From Cenarchaeum sp. (GTDB lineage: Archaea; Thermoproteota; Nitrososphaeria; Nitrososphaerales; Nitrosopumilaceae), in NCBI GenBank assembly GCA_963692915.1, contig OY843584.1, positions 672,001 through 736,000 of the forward strand: a DNA stretch of 64,000 nucleotides. Direction: 5' to 3'. Position numbers and translations under genes: made by a program. Positions 30,559 through 40,252 of this stretch are shown here, one piece after another. The notes under the pieces were generated by a model, which saw only the letters and a list, made by a program, of their open reading frames with translations, ran no database searches and was not told where the DNA came from. Every line of letters begins with the position of its first letter. The stretch's first letter is position 1.

Positions 30559-32412
30559 ATGGAACTCGTGAGCGTAGACGCAACGCCTGACAAGAGCCTG
30601 ATAATGAAACTCGGCCAAGTCGGCTACAAGGCAGAGCAGGCCATCGCCGAACTGGTGGACAATGCCATTGATGCCAGGATCGACGGCAAGACCGAGAGCA
30701 TTGAGATCGGACTGGACCGCTCCAGCGAGATTGCCATTCGCGACGACGGGAAAGGCATGGATCTAGAGAGGCTGAGGCGCGCATGGACCCTGGGAGGCGC
30801 ATCCAAAAAAGGCAAGATTGGGATGTTTGGCGTGGGGTTAAAGAGCGCGTCATCATCACTAGGCAGGCACATAGACATAAGCACCACAGTCGAGGGATCT
30901 GGATACGAGCTGACTCTGACATATGATGAAGAAGAGTGGTTGAAGGACAAAAATGCCAAATGGAACAATGTCAAGGTAAGGCGCCACAGGGCTGAAAAGG
31001 GCACACATGGCACAAATATACGCATATCACAGCTCCGATCGTCATCATTTCCGCAACCAGCCAAGCTGCGCGAAGAGTTTGGCATACGGTATGGGCCGTA
31101 TCTCAATGAGGGAATTAGAATATCGATAAATGGCAAACAATGCGCGGCAAAAGAACCCACTATTGCTGACGGAACAAGAAAAAAGGTCGCCATGACCACA
31201 TTAGACGGAATAAGCATAACAGGGTGGATCGCATTGCTAAAAAAACGATCCATAAAGGGCAATTATGGAATACACATATACACCAACGGGAGACTGATAA
31301 AACCATACGCAAAGTTTGGCATACCTAGGCATCCCACCGCAGCTCGCGTCATAGGAAGCGTCACACTTGATAATGTTCCAGTGAATGTGTTCAAGACGGG
31401 TTTTCTCACAGAGTCACAAGAATACAAAGCAGCAGCAAATAGATTCAAAAACGACAACAATGTAAAAGAGACGATGCGTATGGCTGCCAGGAATAATCAG
31501 AAGGATCACGATATTGCGTCTGTCCTAAACCCACAAGAAAATCAGCGCCAACCACGCCTTTTGCGGCTAGGCGAGACAAAATCAGAAAGGCTTTTGCAAA
31601 ACATGGGCACCAATCTCATAGAGTACGATTTTGGGCCTGGCCTAAGATTGGAAGACGGCGGCTCAGGCCTGTACCGCTTAGAAAAACATGGTGAACGGCT
31701 AGAAATTGTGGTGAATCGTCAAAGCAAGGTCTTTCAGGCGTTTAAAAATCCACTGCATCTGCTAGTTATGATACAGGCAGAGGTGGAGACGTTTTTTCGC
31801 GATCCAGACATGGGCGACTTTATTGAGGCTCGAAATATCAAGTGGGAAAATCGGATAGACAAGCTTGCCAACGGTGCTCCTCGAGGCAGGTTACAGAACA
31901 TAGATCTGTTGAGTGCTGAACTGAGACATGTCTGTAAATATATGTTAGAACACGGCGCACACAGATTTCAGTTTACTGCATTGTCCACATTAACCGAATT
32001 TTTGAATCAGGCATACAGAAGGCACGTATACACTGTATACACCACGAGAGGGGACAGTCAGGGATTAGAAAGCATGATATCAAAACATGGCGAGTGTTTT
32101 CCGTTGACAGAGCCAACATATCCACAATTGTCTACTGCGATGGATGCAATGGGAGATAAAAGCATCATAATAATACGCGAATATGCCAACATTCCAAATT
32201 CAATAGTTGCGTCTCTAGAAAAATCATGGGTCGATCTGTTTTTTGAGACAACAAAAAAAGGCATACAGTTCTATAAAAAAGAGCTCGAGATGGTCGAGGC
32301 GTTACTAAATTCGGAAATGGCGACCAAAGAGCGCATAATGTCGTGGGCAAAACGGCGCAAGATTGAAACTGTAATTGGCGAATACCTGGAGGTGCAGCAC
32401 TGTGAAAGTTGA
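30559..32412 (+). CDS. MORC-like GHKL ATPase with probable C-terminal AbiEi/DUF6577-like antitoxin domain
   Basis: Bergerat motifs 'AIAELVDNAIDA', 'DDGKGM', 'GMFGVGLK', 'HGT'; S5-like 'GIHIYTNGRLI' and 'VPVNVFKTGF'; C-terminal 'SLEKSWVDLF' and 'WAKRR'. Confidence 0.8.
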   Translation: MELVSVDATPDKSLIMKLGQVGYKAEQAIAELVDNAIDARIDGKTESIEIGLDRSSEIAIRDDGKGMDLERLRRAWTLGGASKKGKIGMFGVGLKSASSSLGRHIDISTTVEGSGYELTLTYDEEEWLKDKNAKWNNVKVRRHRAEKGTHGTNIRISQLRSSSFPQPAKLREEFGIRYGPYLNEGIRISINGKQCAAKEPTIADGTRKKVAMTTLDGISITGWIALLKKRSIKGNYGIHIYTNGRLIKPYAKFGIPRHPTAARVIGSVTLDNVPVNVFKTGFLTESQEYKAAANRFKNDNNVKETMRMAARNNQKDHDIASVLNPQENQRQPRLLRLGETKSERLLQNMGTNLIEYDFGPGLRLEDGGSGLYRLEKHGERLEIVVNRQSKVFQAFKNPLHLLVMIQAEVETFFRDPDMGDFIEARNIKWENRIDKLANGAPRGRLQNIDLLSAELRHVCKYMLEHGAHRFQFTALSTLTEFLNQAYRRHVYTVYTTRGDSQGLESMISKHGECFPLTEPTYPQLSTAMDAMGDKSIIIIREYANIPNSIVASLEKSWVDLFFETTKKGIQFYKKELEMVEALLNSEMATKERIMSWAKRRKIETVIGEYLEVQHCES

Positions 32413-33508
32413 CAAGTACGATGCATCAACAATCAACAACATTTCCAAGAAGTATGGATTTACGTCCAAATTCAATATTGAAAAATTCATAATGGATTTT
32501 TCTATACACAAGCTAATATCAGAAAAAATGGAATGTTGCATACGTGGAGGACTATGTAGTCCGTTTTATGTAAAGACACCCGAATCATGGAGATTAAGCG
32601 TGGATATTGACTTATTCATGAAATTATCACATGAAGAAATAACAAAAATGGTTCCTGAAATTTTAATCCAAGCAGGGTTGAGGTGCAAACTACGAAAACC
32701 CATAAGAATAAGCAATTTGGTGCAGTTTGACGTGTGGTATAAATCAGCATTACTAAAATTTGATGAAAATAGACGGGTGAAAATAGACATACAGTACAGC
32801 ACAGATGTTGATGCATTTGCCCAAATGCTAGATAAAGGACAAAAACCATTCATTGTGGGCATTGATTACGCCATAAAGGCACTCAGACCAGGTTGCTTAA
32901 TTGGAGACAAAATACCAGCATTGGCAATAGGCAATATGGGATATACAGACATATCAAAAGCTCCAAAGCAGATACATGACATTGGTTATTTGCTAGACAG
33001 TGTCGGAATAGATGATATTCATGACATATTGTCATCATTTCCAACAATTACACAAGAGAAAATAACACATGATAAATCAGGAACCACGGTCAATGATGCG
33101 ATCAACGCAATTATCGAGTTTTTGCAGAATTTGCTAATGCCGAATGATGAATTATTAGTGAGTAAATCATATTTAAATGATTTTGAAAGATTTAAGGGCG
33201 AATACCTATCAGAAAACCAGACATATGATATAAATGTCATCAAATCAAATATTCTAAAGACGCTTCTGTGTGCGCTATACATCAAAGCAGCAACAGAGTC
33301 GCGCATGAGCAAACAACAAGCATCCACACTGATGAGTGAATCACTAGTCGAATACAACAGGCTATCCGATAGCAAATATTCGACAGATGTGGAAATTATA
33401 CAAGAAACACACAGTAAAAATTTATACAACGTTAAAAAAGAGACTCTTCAAAATTTGCATCTTGTAAAAAGTGTAAACACAGTATGGAATGTAATAAACC
33501 AAGACTAA
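32402..33508 (+). CDS. AbiEii/AbiGii-family nucleotidyltransferase (type IV TA toxin-like)
   Basis: 'IEK', 'IRGG', 'RLSVDIDL', 'VKIDI', 'IGDKIPAL', 'KQIHDIGYL'; GTG 32402 overlaps the upstream stop; AT-rich. Confidence 0.82.
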   Translation: MKVDKYDASTINNISKKYGFTSKFNIEKFIMDFSIHKLISEKMECCIRGGLCSPFYVKTPESWRLSVDIDLFMKLSHEEITKMVPEILIQAGLRCKLRKPIRISNLVQFDVWYKSALLKFDENRRVKIDIQYSTDVDAFAQMLDKGQKPFIVGIDYAIKALRPGCLIGDKIPALAIGNMGYTDISKAPKQIHDIGYLLDSVGIDDIHDILSSFPTITQEKITHDKSGTTVNDAINAIIEFLQNLLMPNDELLVSKSYLNDFERFKGEYLSENQTYDINVIKSNILKTLLCALYIKAATESRMSKQQASTLMSESLVEYNRLSDSKYSTDVEIIQETHSKNLYNVKKETLQNLHLVKSVNTVWNVINQD

Positions 33509-33790
33509 TGAAATAGTCTATTTAGGAATAACCTGTAAGAGAGTAGACAACATGCCCATGACTTAGATCACGTGCACATGTGCAACACGAACAAGCATTG
33601 GCAATATCGCGCCATGAATCATCCTGCAGAATGTCGCAGGTCGATCCTGTGTGTCACATGCGGCTCATATTCTTGACCTCGCGCCAACAAACGGTGTGTC
33701 GTCCGGCCATATGCCCCTGACGACATCGCGATGCGCGTGCGTGGTATCCACCGCAAAGGCTAAATCTGCACGACGGCGACGCGCAGCACG

Positions 33791-35053
33791 ATGGGCCTGC
33801 CACGGGGAATGAAGGACATAGAGGCCGGCGAGGTGACCGGGATCGAGTCAGTTCGCGCAGCCTTTGCCAGGACGTGCGACCTCTTTGGGTACACGCTAGT
33901 CGAGCCCTCCACGATAGAGTCACTAGAGACGCTAGAGGCAAAGAGCGGGCCGGCAATACGCGACGAGGTCTACCACTTTGAGGACAAGGGCGAGCGCGCC
34001 GTTGCGCTCCGATTCGACATGACAGTCGGCATGACGCGCAACGTGGCAGCACAGAGATCCATGCGCCTGCCTGCGCGAAGAGCCGCCTTTGGAGGCGTGT
34101 GGAGGTATGATGAGCCACAGCGCGGCCGCTATCGCTACTTTCACCAGTGGGACATCGAGGTCTATGGCGCACATGGCGCAGAGGCCGACGCCGAGGTTGC
34201 CGAGTTTACGGTTCGCATGCTAGAGGCGCTAGGCATCCAGGGCGCAACGGTGCAGGTGAGCCACCGCAAGATAGCCGAGTCTCACATACGGCACGTCACA
34301 GGCGGCGCAGGATCCCTCGCGGACATGCTTCGAGCCGTGGACAAGACGCAAAAGAGGCCAGAGGCCGACATCATATCCGAGTACGAGGCCCGCGGCCACA
34401 CGCGCGCGGCCCTAGAGGGCGTCATGCGCCTGGCCCACGCGCGAGGCAGCATCGAGGAGGCCAAAGAGTCCCTCGGCGCCGGCGAGACCGAGGGCTGGGA
34501 CGAGCTGCGCGCCGTCATGGACTCGCTTGCGCGCCGCGGCGTGGAGAACGCTACTGTCAACCTTGGCATCGTGCGTGGGCTTGACTATTACTCGGGAACC
34601 GTCTTTGAGGCATTCGGGCCAGACGGGGGCATTGGCGCGCTCGCCGGCGGCGGGCGCTATGACTCGCTCTCCGAGGCGCTCGGCGGCCCGCCGATGGCAG
34701 CAGCGGGGGCTGCCGGCGGGGTTGAGAGAACCATTCTCGCAATGAGCCCGCAGGACTCTGCGCCAAGGCCGCATGTTGCAGTAGTTCATGTAGGTGACGG
34801 CATGGACGCCGAGGCCGCAGCACTCGCCGCGCGCATTAGGCAACGCGGCATCCCCGCATCGGCGAACCCCGATCCCCGCGCGCTAAAGAGGCAGATTGCC
34901 GCTGCCGAACAGGATGGCGCGCGCGCAGTAGTCATTGTCGCGCCGCGCGAGTGGACAGCCGGAAATGTCGTCGTGCGCGACATGCGCGCGCGTACCGAGT
35001 CGACAGTTCGTGCAGATGATGTTCACGGTGCGCTAAGTGCGGCGCTCAGTTGA
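33791..35053 (+). CDS. hisS: histidine--tRNA ligase
   Basis: 'PRGMKD', 'LRFDMT', 'RYDEPQRGRYRYFHQ', 'RGLDYY', 'GGGRYD'. Confidence 0.97.
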   Translation: MGLPRGMKDIEAGEVTGIESVRAAFARTCDLFGYTLVEPSTIESLETLEAKSGPAIRDEVYHFEDKGERAVALRFDMTVGMTRNVAAQRSMRLPARRAAFGGVWRYDEPQRGRYRYFHQWDIEVYGAHGAEADAEVAEFTVRMLEALGIQGATVQVSHRKIAESHIRHVTGGAGSLADMLRAVDKTQKRPEADIISEYEARGHTRAALEGVMRLAHARGSIEEAKESLGAGETEGWDELRAVMDSLARRGVENATVNLGIVRGLDYYSGTVFEAFGPDGGIGALAGGGRYDSLSEALGGPPMAAAGAAGGVERTILAMSPQDSAPRPHVAVVHVGDGMDAEAAALAARIRQRGIPASANPDPRALKRQIAAAEQDGARAVVIVAPREWTAGNVVVRDMRARTESTVRADDVHGALSAALS

Positions 35054-35711
35054 GAAACGCGCGCGTGAGCATCATTATCTCCGGGCCGCTAGTGTACGTG
35101 CCGGCCATGACGGCCTTGTTGTTCACAAGGAGTCCCGAGGAGACATACGGCACGCCGCCGTTTATCGTCGCAAGCTCTATTCTCACCTTGAGTATCCCGG
35201 ACACAAGCGAGACCTCCTCGTCGCGCGCCTCCGGGTGTATCACTCCCCCTTGCGAGTTGGCCGCCACCATGGCGCCGGCCTGGTGGAATCCCGCTATGCG
35301 CGTCTGAACCGCCTCGACGCCAAGCGCATCGCCTACCGCCGCCGCATCTGCGCGCGGCATCTCTGGCGAGACGACAGCACCGTGCTCATTGGCGCACACG
35401 AGGTTGCCCAGGGCGGTGTATCGCGACTCTAGCAGGATGACCTCCATGCCCGTGGCCGACTCGAGGTGCTCGACCTCTGGTGCCATGGCCGTGGCCGGCA
35501 GGAGGAGCGTCTTGCCTGTGGCGACCATCATGGTCCCCAGGACGCGCGTGCCGGCGACCGAGGAGAGGATCGCCTCCACGCCCAGCTTGCCTGATATGCG
35601 CTCAGTCTTTGCGGGCGAGAACCCCCTGGGGAGAAAGACGTACTCGTCGCACGCCGCAGCGTATATCCCGATATTGGGCCCTCGGTATATGTCATGCTTG
35701 AATATGTCCAT
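35046..35711 (-). CDS. eif6: translation initiation factor 6 (aIF6)
   Basis: 'PNIGIY', 'ALGNLVCANEHGA', 'TINGG.PYV.SGL'. Confidence 0.93.
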   Translation of the reverse strand: MDIFKHDIYRGPNIGIYAAACDEYVFLPRGFSPAKTERISGKLGVEAILSSVAGTRVLGTMMVATGKTLLLPATAMAPEVEHLESATGMEVILLESRYTALGNLVCANEHGAVVSPEMPRADAAAVGDALGVEAVQTRIAGFHQAGAMVAANSQGGVIHPEARDEEVSLVSGILKVRIELATINGGVPYVSSGLLVNNKAVMAGTYTSGPEIMMLTRAFLN

Positions 35712-35856
35712 CGGATCGCAGCACGACCCACGCTCCCCCAAAGCGATATTAACGTAGGCACGCGCCTCAAAAACAGCGTTATAATTGGCCGCCCTGAGCC
35801 GTTAGTTGTCACTAAATTTGTCTAGATTTAAATAATCATTGGCGGGCGTGCCTGTC

Positions 35857-36390
35857 ATGCCAATCGCGGAGAACTTTCCAGAGGGTCTAAAGCCACTCGG
35901 AAAGATCATGCACTCTGACGGGGAGAACTTCCACTTCATGTGGGGGCCCGGCAGGGGCGACGCGGAGGCGTTCTCCAACGACGAGGTAAAGGCCGCATAC
36001 AAGGCACGCGGCGAAAAGCAGGTTCCGCTCGGGGTGAGTGGCACGATGGTCGCAGTTGACTGGGACTCGTGCGTCGCCGACGGCGCCTGCATCGAGGCGT
36101 GCCCAGTGCAGGTCTTCCAGTGGTACAGAACCGAAAAGGACATCGCCGCCGACAAGGTTGTCGGTGAGACCTTTGAGGGGACAGGAAATTCCGAAAAGGA
36201 GGAGCGCAAGGACTACACCGACAAGGCGGATCCCGTAAGGGAGCACGACTGCATCTGGTGCATGGCCTGCGTGTCTGTCTGCCCCCCAGAGGCAATAAAG
36301 GTGGACCAGTCCAACATGGAGCACCACGAAAAGGCAGCGGGCACATACACAAAGCTCGAGGCCGGCGAGAACCCTCACGCTCACGACTAG
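35857..36390 (+). CDS. di-cluster (zinc-containing type) ferredoxin
   Basis: '[12 protein letters not shown]' and '[12 protein letters not shown]'; TTTAAATA at 35827-35834. Confidence 0.9.
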   Translation: MPIAENFPEGLKPLGKIMHSDGENFHFMWGPGRGDAEAFSNDEVKAAYKARGEKQVPLGVSGTMVAVDWDSCVADGACIEACPVQVFQWYRTEKDIAADKVVGETFEGTGNSEKEERKDYTDKADPVREHDCIWCMACVSVCPPEAIKVDQSNMEHHEKAAGTYTKLEAGENPHAHD

Positions 36391-36477
36391 CCGTCCACAT
36401 CTGGCCGGTGCATATTTTGGATTCGCCCTCAAGGCTCGTGCCAACAAATTTTATGTGAGTGTTTTTGCGTGCGCTAC

Positions 36478-36561
36478 GCAGAGGTCGCCTAGCCCGGTAG
36501 GGCGCGGGCCTTGAGAGCCTGTGTGCTTTGGCATGCGGGGGTTCAAATCCCCCTCTCTGCG
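36478..36561 (+). tRNA. tRNA-Ser(UGA), intronless, CCA not encoded
   Basis: Acceptor GCAGAGG/TCTCTGC; anticodon stem CGGGC/GCCTG with loop CT-TGA-GA; long variable arm; T-arm GGGGG-TTCAAAT-CCCCC; discriminator G. Confidence 0.93.
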
Positions 36562-36562
36562 C

Positions 36563-37537
36563 TCACTTTTTAGCTGCAAGCGCGCCTAGCTCATAGAGCA
36601 TGGCAGATAGCTGTATCTCTGGGCTTGCGCCCACAAGGATGCGATAGTCGTACTCGGAGATCGTGCGCACTAGGCTCTCGGCACCCTCAGGGGACGCGCG
36701 GTTTATCGCCGCATTGATCCCGCGCAGGATGTCGGCTCCGGACATGCCATACACTCGCAGCAGCTCGATGACGCGCTCACGCGCCTTTTGGACCTTGCCG
36801 GACAGCACAAGCTTTAGGACATCGTCTAGCTGTGTCGCCTTTGCGATTCCGGCTGCCGACTCGGCGTTGGCCACAGTGACTCCCCCGCCAAGCGATGCGG
36901 CAACCTGCATCGTGTTTATCGCATGGCGCAAGTCGCCTCCCGAGTTCTCATACACTGCCATTATTCCGGCCTCGTCAAACTTTGCGCCCTCCTTTTTTGC
37001 TATCTGCGCGAGGCGCTCCACGATCGCCTTTTCGGGCACCGCCGTAAACCTAAACACCGCACAGCGGCTCTGGATGGGCTCTATTATCCTCGAGAGGTTG
37101 TTGGCTATGATGATAAACCTGCAGTGCTTTGCCGTGTCCTCGATAATCCGGCGCAGCGCAGTCTGCGCATCAGAGGTCATCTCGTCGGCCTCATCAAGTA
37201 TGATGACCTTGAATGGTATGTCTCCCATTCCGGCATATCTAGAGAACGTCTTTACCCTCTCGCGAACCATCGCAATCCCTCGATCGTCTGACGCGTTGAG
37301 CTCAAGCGTATGGTCACGCCACGAGTCGCCAAGGACATTGCGGCACACGCACATGGCCGCAGTAGTCTTGCCGGTTCCCGGCGAGCCGGCAAGGAGCAGG
37401 TGCGGCATCTCGGCGGGCTTTTTTGCGAGTGCGGCAAGGCTGCCGACAGTATCCTTTTGGCCCACAATATCTCCAAGATCCTGCGGGCGGTGCTTTTCTA
37501 CCCACATTACGCCATGGATGGCCATCAGGCGGCGCAT
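36563..37537 (-). CDS. rfcS: replication factor C small subunit
   Basis: 'WVEKHRP', 'GSPGTGKTT', 'LELNASDDRG', 'LDEAD', 'SRC'; exact start uncertain. Confidence 0.95.
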   Translation of the reverse strand: MRRLMAIHGVMWVEKHRPQDLGDIVGQKDTVGSLAALAKKPAEMPHLLLAGSPGTGKTTAAMCVCRNVLGDSWRDHTLELNASDDRGIAMVRERVKTFSRYAGMGDIPFKVIILDEADEMTSDAQTALRRIIEDTAKHCRFIIIANNLSRIIEPIQSRCAVFRFTAVPEKAIVERLAQIAKKEGAKFDEAGIMAVYENSGGDLRHAINTMQVAASLGGGVTVANAESAAGIAKATQLDDVLKLVLSGKVQKARERVIELLRVYGMSGADILRGINAAINRASPEGAESLVRTISEYDYRILVGASPEIQLSAMLYELGALAAKK

Positions 37538-37622
37538 GGACCGCCGACTATTTATAAACTAGTGCTGACCTGACAAGTTGCATGACGCGCGGGCGGAATT
37601 GCGCAGACGGAGCCGTGTACTG

Positions 37623-38150
37623 ATGGCCAAGTCAACTGAGATATCGGCAGCCCAGGCAGTCGGCAAGACAGGATTTGACCTAGAGGAGGTAAAGGTGACG
37701 TTCACCAAGGACATTGCAACGTCCGTCTCAGGAACCGACATATCTGGCAAGGAAGGCGACGTGCTAAACCTGCCGCGCTGGATTGCGCGCGTCCTCGAGG
37801 ATGACGGCTATGTGAGGATCGACGAGTCGAGCACAGAGCCTGAGCTAAAGCAGGCCATATCAAAGGAGAATGCGCAAGACGACTACCAGCTCGCCAGGCT
37901 GGATGACCACTTTTACATACGCGTAAAGGCGCACATGGAGCGCATACCGCAGCAAAAGCGCGACGAGATGAGCAGTATACTCAACTCGCTTGTGCGCAGC
38001 AGGGTCGCAAAGATAGCGCGCCTTGTCATATCATCAAAGCTCAGCGCCGCCAATGCCGAAAAGCTCACGATCGAGGAGCGTGGGCTCTATGAGCAGATGC
38101 GCAATGCGCACGACGAGTTCGTCGAGCAAGCCACGGGGGGAACGGCATGA
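37623..38150 (+). CDS. GINS complex subunit (Gins23/Psf2-like)
   Basis: 'LNLPRWIARVL', 'LDDHFY', 'LTIEERGLY'; directly upstream of mcm. Confidence 0.82.
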   Translation: MAKSTEISAAQAVGKTGFDLEEVKVTFTKDIATSVSGTDISGKEGDVLNLPRWIARVLEDDGYVRIDESSTEPELKQAISKENAQDDYQLARLDDHFYIRVKAHMERIPQQKRDEMSSILNSLVRSRVAKIARLVISSKLSAANAEKLTIEERGLYEQMRNAHDEFVEQATGGTA

Positions 38151-40252
38151 GCGAGCAGGTGGCTCCCGAGGAGAAGAGCGCCCCGACGGTTTCGGCCATG
38201 TCTGACATGGCGCGCGACCTCATGCTCACGCACCGTGACCGCGACGGCACGCTCTCGTACGTGAGGCAGATAGACGAAATGCCGTCAAAAAACTCCACGT
38301 ATGCGGTAATTGACTATAATGACCTGGTGACCGAGGACTCCAAGATGACGCGCGTGTTCACCGAGAACGCCGACATGGCACTCGATGCGTTTGCTGCTGC
38401 AATAACCGAGATACTAGGCATAAAGTTCCCCGACTATGCCAAAAAGCACGAGCGTGACATACGCGCGCGAATAGTCAACTATCCATTGCACCGCAGTCTC
38501 CGCAAGATCAACTCGGAGGTGATCAGCAAGATGACAAGCGTGTCCGGAATGGTCGTGAGGTCATCTGAGGTAAAGCCGCACGCGCACGAGATTACATATG
38601 TCTGCCCCGAGGGCCACCCAAACAAGGTCGTCCTCCTCAAGGGCATGAGCGTCTCGCCGCCGCCCAAGTGCACGTTCCAAAAGTGCGACCACCGCGACCT
38701 CGAGGTCGACGAGGCCAAGAGCAGGTTTGTCGACTTTCAGATGATGCGCCTGCAGGATCTCCCCGAGGACATACCGCCCGGCGGCATGCCCGAGTACATT
38801 GACGTGAATGTAAAGCAGGACCTAGTCGACAATGCGCGCCCCGGCGATCGCATCGTGCTGACGGGCATTGTGCGCATAGAGCAGGAGCGCGTGACGGGCA
38901 TCCCGCAGGGCAAGAGCGGCCTCTATAGGTTTCTCATGGACGGCAACAGTGTCGAGTTTCTTGGCGGGCGCGGCTCCAAGGTTTCGCGCACGACAGAGCG
39001 CGAGGCAGTCTCGCCTGAGGAGGAGCGCGAGATACAGCTCCTTGCGCGCGCGCCAGACACGTACGAGCGCCTCGTACAGTCGTTCGCTCCACATATCATG
39101 GGTCACGAGATAATAAAAGAGTCCATACTCCTCCTCATAGTCGGTGCGCTTGAGAGGCGCCTGCCTGACGGCGGCAAGATTCGCGGGGACATCAACGTGT
39201 TCCTTGTGGGCGACCCCGGCACGGCAAAGAGCGCAATGCTAAAGTTCTGCTCGCGGATCGCCCCTAGGGGGCTCTACACGTCAGGGAGGGGATCGACTGC
39301 AGCTGGCCTGACAGCAGCAGTCATACGCGACAACCGTAGCGGCATGATGATGCTAGAGGCCGGCGCAGTGGTCCTCGGCGACCAGGGCCTAGTCTGCATT
39401 GACGAGTTTGACAAGATGAAGCCCGAGGACAGCAGTGCGCTCCATGAGGTCATGGAGCAGCAGTCAGTCAGCGTGGCCAAGGGCGGCATCGTCGCGACGC
39501 TAAACGCGAGATCGTCCATACTTGCGGCGGCAAACCCAATGTACGGCAAGTACGACCCATACAAGAATCTATCCGAGAACGTAAACCTGCCAATTCCGCT
39601 GCTCACTAGGTTTGACCTCATATTTGCCGTGCGGGACACGCCCTCCAAGGAGCGCGATATGAACATCGCGCGCCACATCATAAAACTGCACACGACGAGT
39701 GGGATGCCGGCGAGATCGCTCATAGACCCCGACACGCTCACAAAGTATCTCGCATACGCAAAGCACGGCGATCCACAGCTGACCACAGAGGCCGAGAACA
39801 AGCTCATCGAGTACTATATGAAAATGAGGAACGTAGACTCTGAAGACATGATAACGGTCACCCCCAGGCAGCTCGAGGGCCTAGTGCGCCTCGCGATGGC
39901 GCGCGCGCGCCTCCTCATGAAGCCGCGCGTCGAGGAGGAGGACGCCGAGCGCGCAATATACCTGGTTCAGACCATGCTCCAGGATGTCGGAGTTGATGTC
40001 AACACGGGCAAGGTCGACATGGGGGTCATACACGGCAAGCCGCACAGCGAGATGAGCAAGCTCCAGATATTCATGGACATACTAAAGTCGCTAGAAGGCT
40101 CGCCAAAGGAACCAGTAGAGGAGAAGGCACTAGTTGACGAGCTCATAAAGTCCACAAAGTTCGATGAGGACGAGGCTCGCAAGTATGTCGCAAAGCTGCA
40201 GCGCGAGGGCGTCATCTACGAGTCGCGCACGGGCCACTATAACAGGACATGA
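38147..40252 (+). CDS. mcm: MCM replicative helicase
   Basis: 'GDPGTAKS', 'AAGLTAAV', 'CIDEFDKM', 'ALHEVMEQQ'; Zn finger; no intein. Confidence 0.97.
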   Translation: MSEQVAPEEKSAPTVSAMSDMARDLMLTHRDRDGTLSYVRQIDEMPSKNSTYAVIDYNDLVTEDSKMTRVFTENADMALDAFAAAITEILGIKFPDYAKKHERDIRARIVNYPLHRSLRKINSEVISKMTSVSGMVVRSSEVKPHAHEITYVCPEGHPNKVVLLKGMSVSPPPKCTFQKCDHRDLEVDEAKSRFVDFQMMRLQDLPEDIPPGGMPEYIDVNVKQDLVDNARPGDRIVLTGIVRIEQERVTGIPQGKSGLYRFLMDGNSVEFLGGRGSKVSRTTEREAVSPEEEREIQLLARAPDTYERLVQSFAPHIMGHEIIKESILLLIVGALERRLPDGGKIRGDINVFLVGDPGTAKSAMLKFCSRIAPRGLYTSGRGSTAAGLTAAVIRDNRSGMMMLEAGAVVLGDQGLVCIDEFDKMKPEDSSALHEVMEQQSVSVAKGGIVATLNARSSILAAANPMYGKYDPYKNLSENVNLPIPLLTRFDLIFAVRDTPSKERDMNIARHIIKLHTTSGMPARSLIDPDTLTKYLAYAKHGDPQLTTEAENKLIEYYMKMRNVDSEDMITVTPRQLEGLVRLAMARARLLMKPRVEEEDAERAIYLVQTMLQDVGVDVNTGKVDMGVIHGKPHSEMSKLQIFMDILKSLEGSPKEPVEEKALVDELIKSTKFDEDEARKYVAKLQREGVIYESRTGHYNRT

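Noticed and set aside
30393-33562. 9-bp direct repeat GCCCATGAC (30393-30401 and 33554-33562) flanking the GHKL-AbiEii island
   Set aside because: Could be a target duplication, but it is short, CCATG words are frequent in these spacers, and no integrase or transposase is present. Not distinguishable from chance.
36540-36561. tRNA-Ser as an integration (att) site
   Set aside because: No duplicated tRNA 3' end and no integrase seen in the window.
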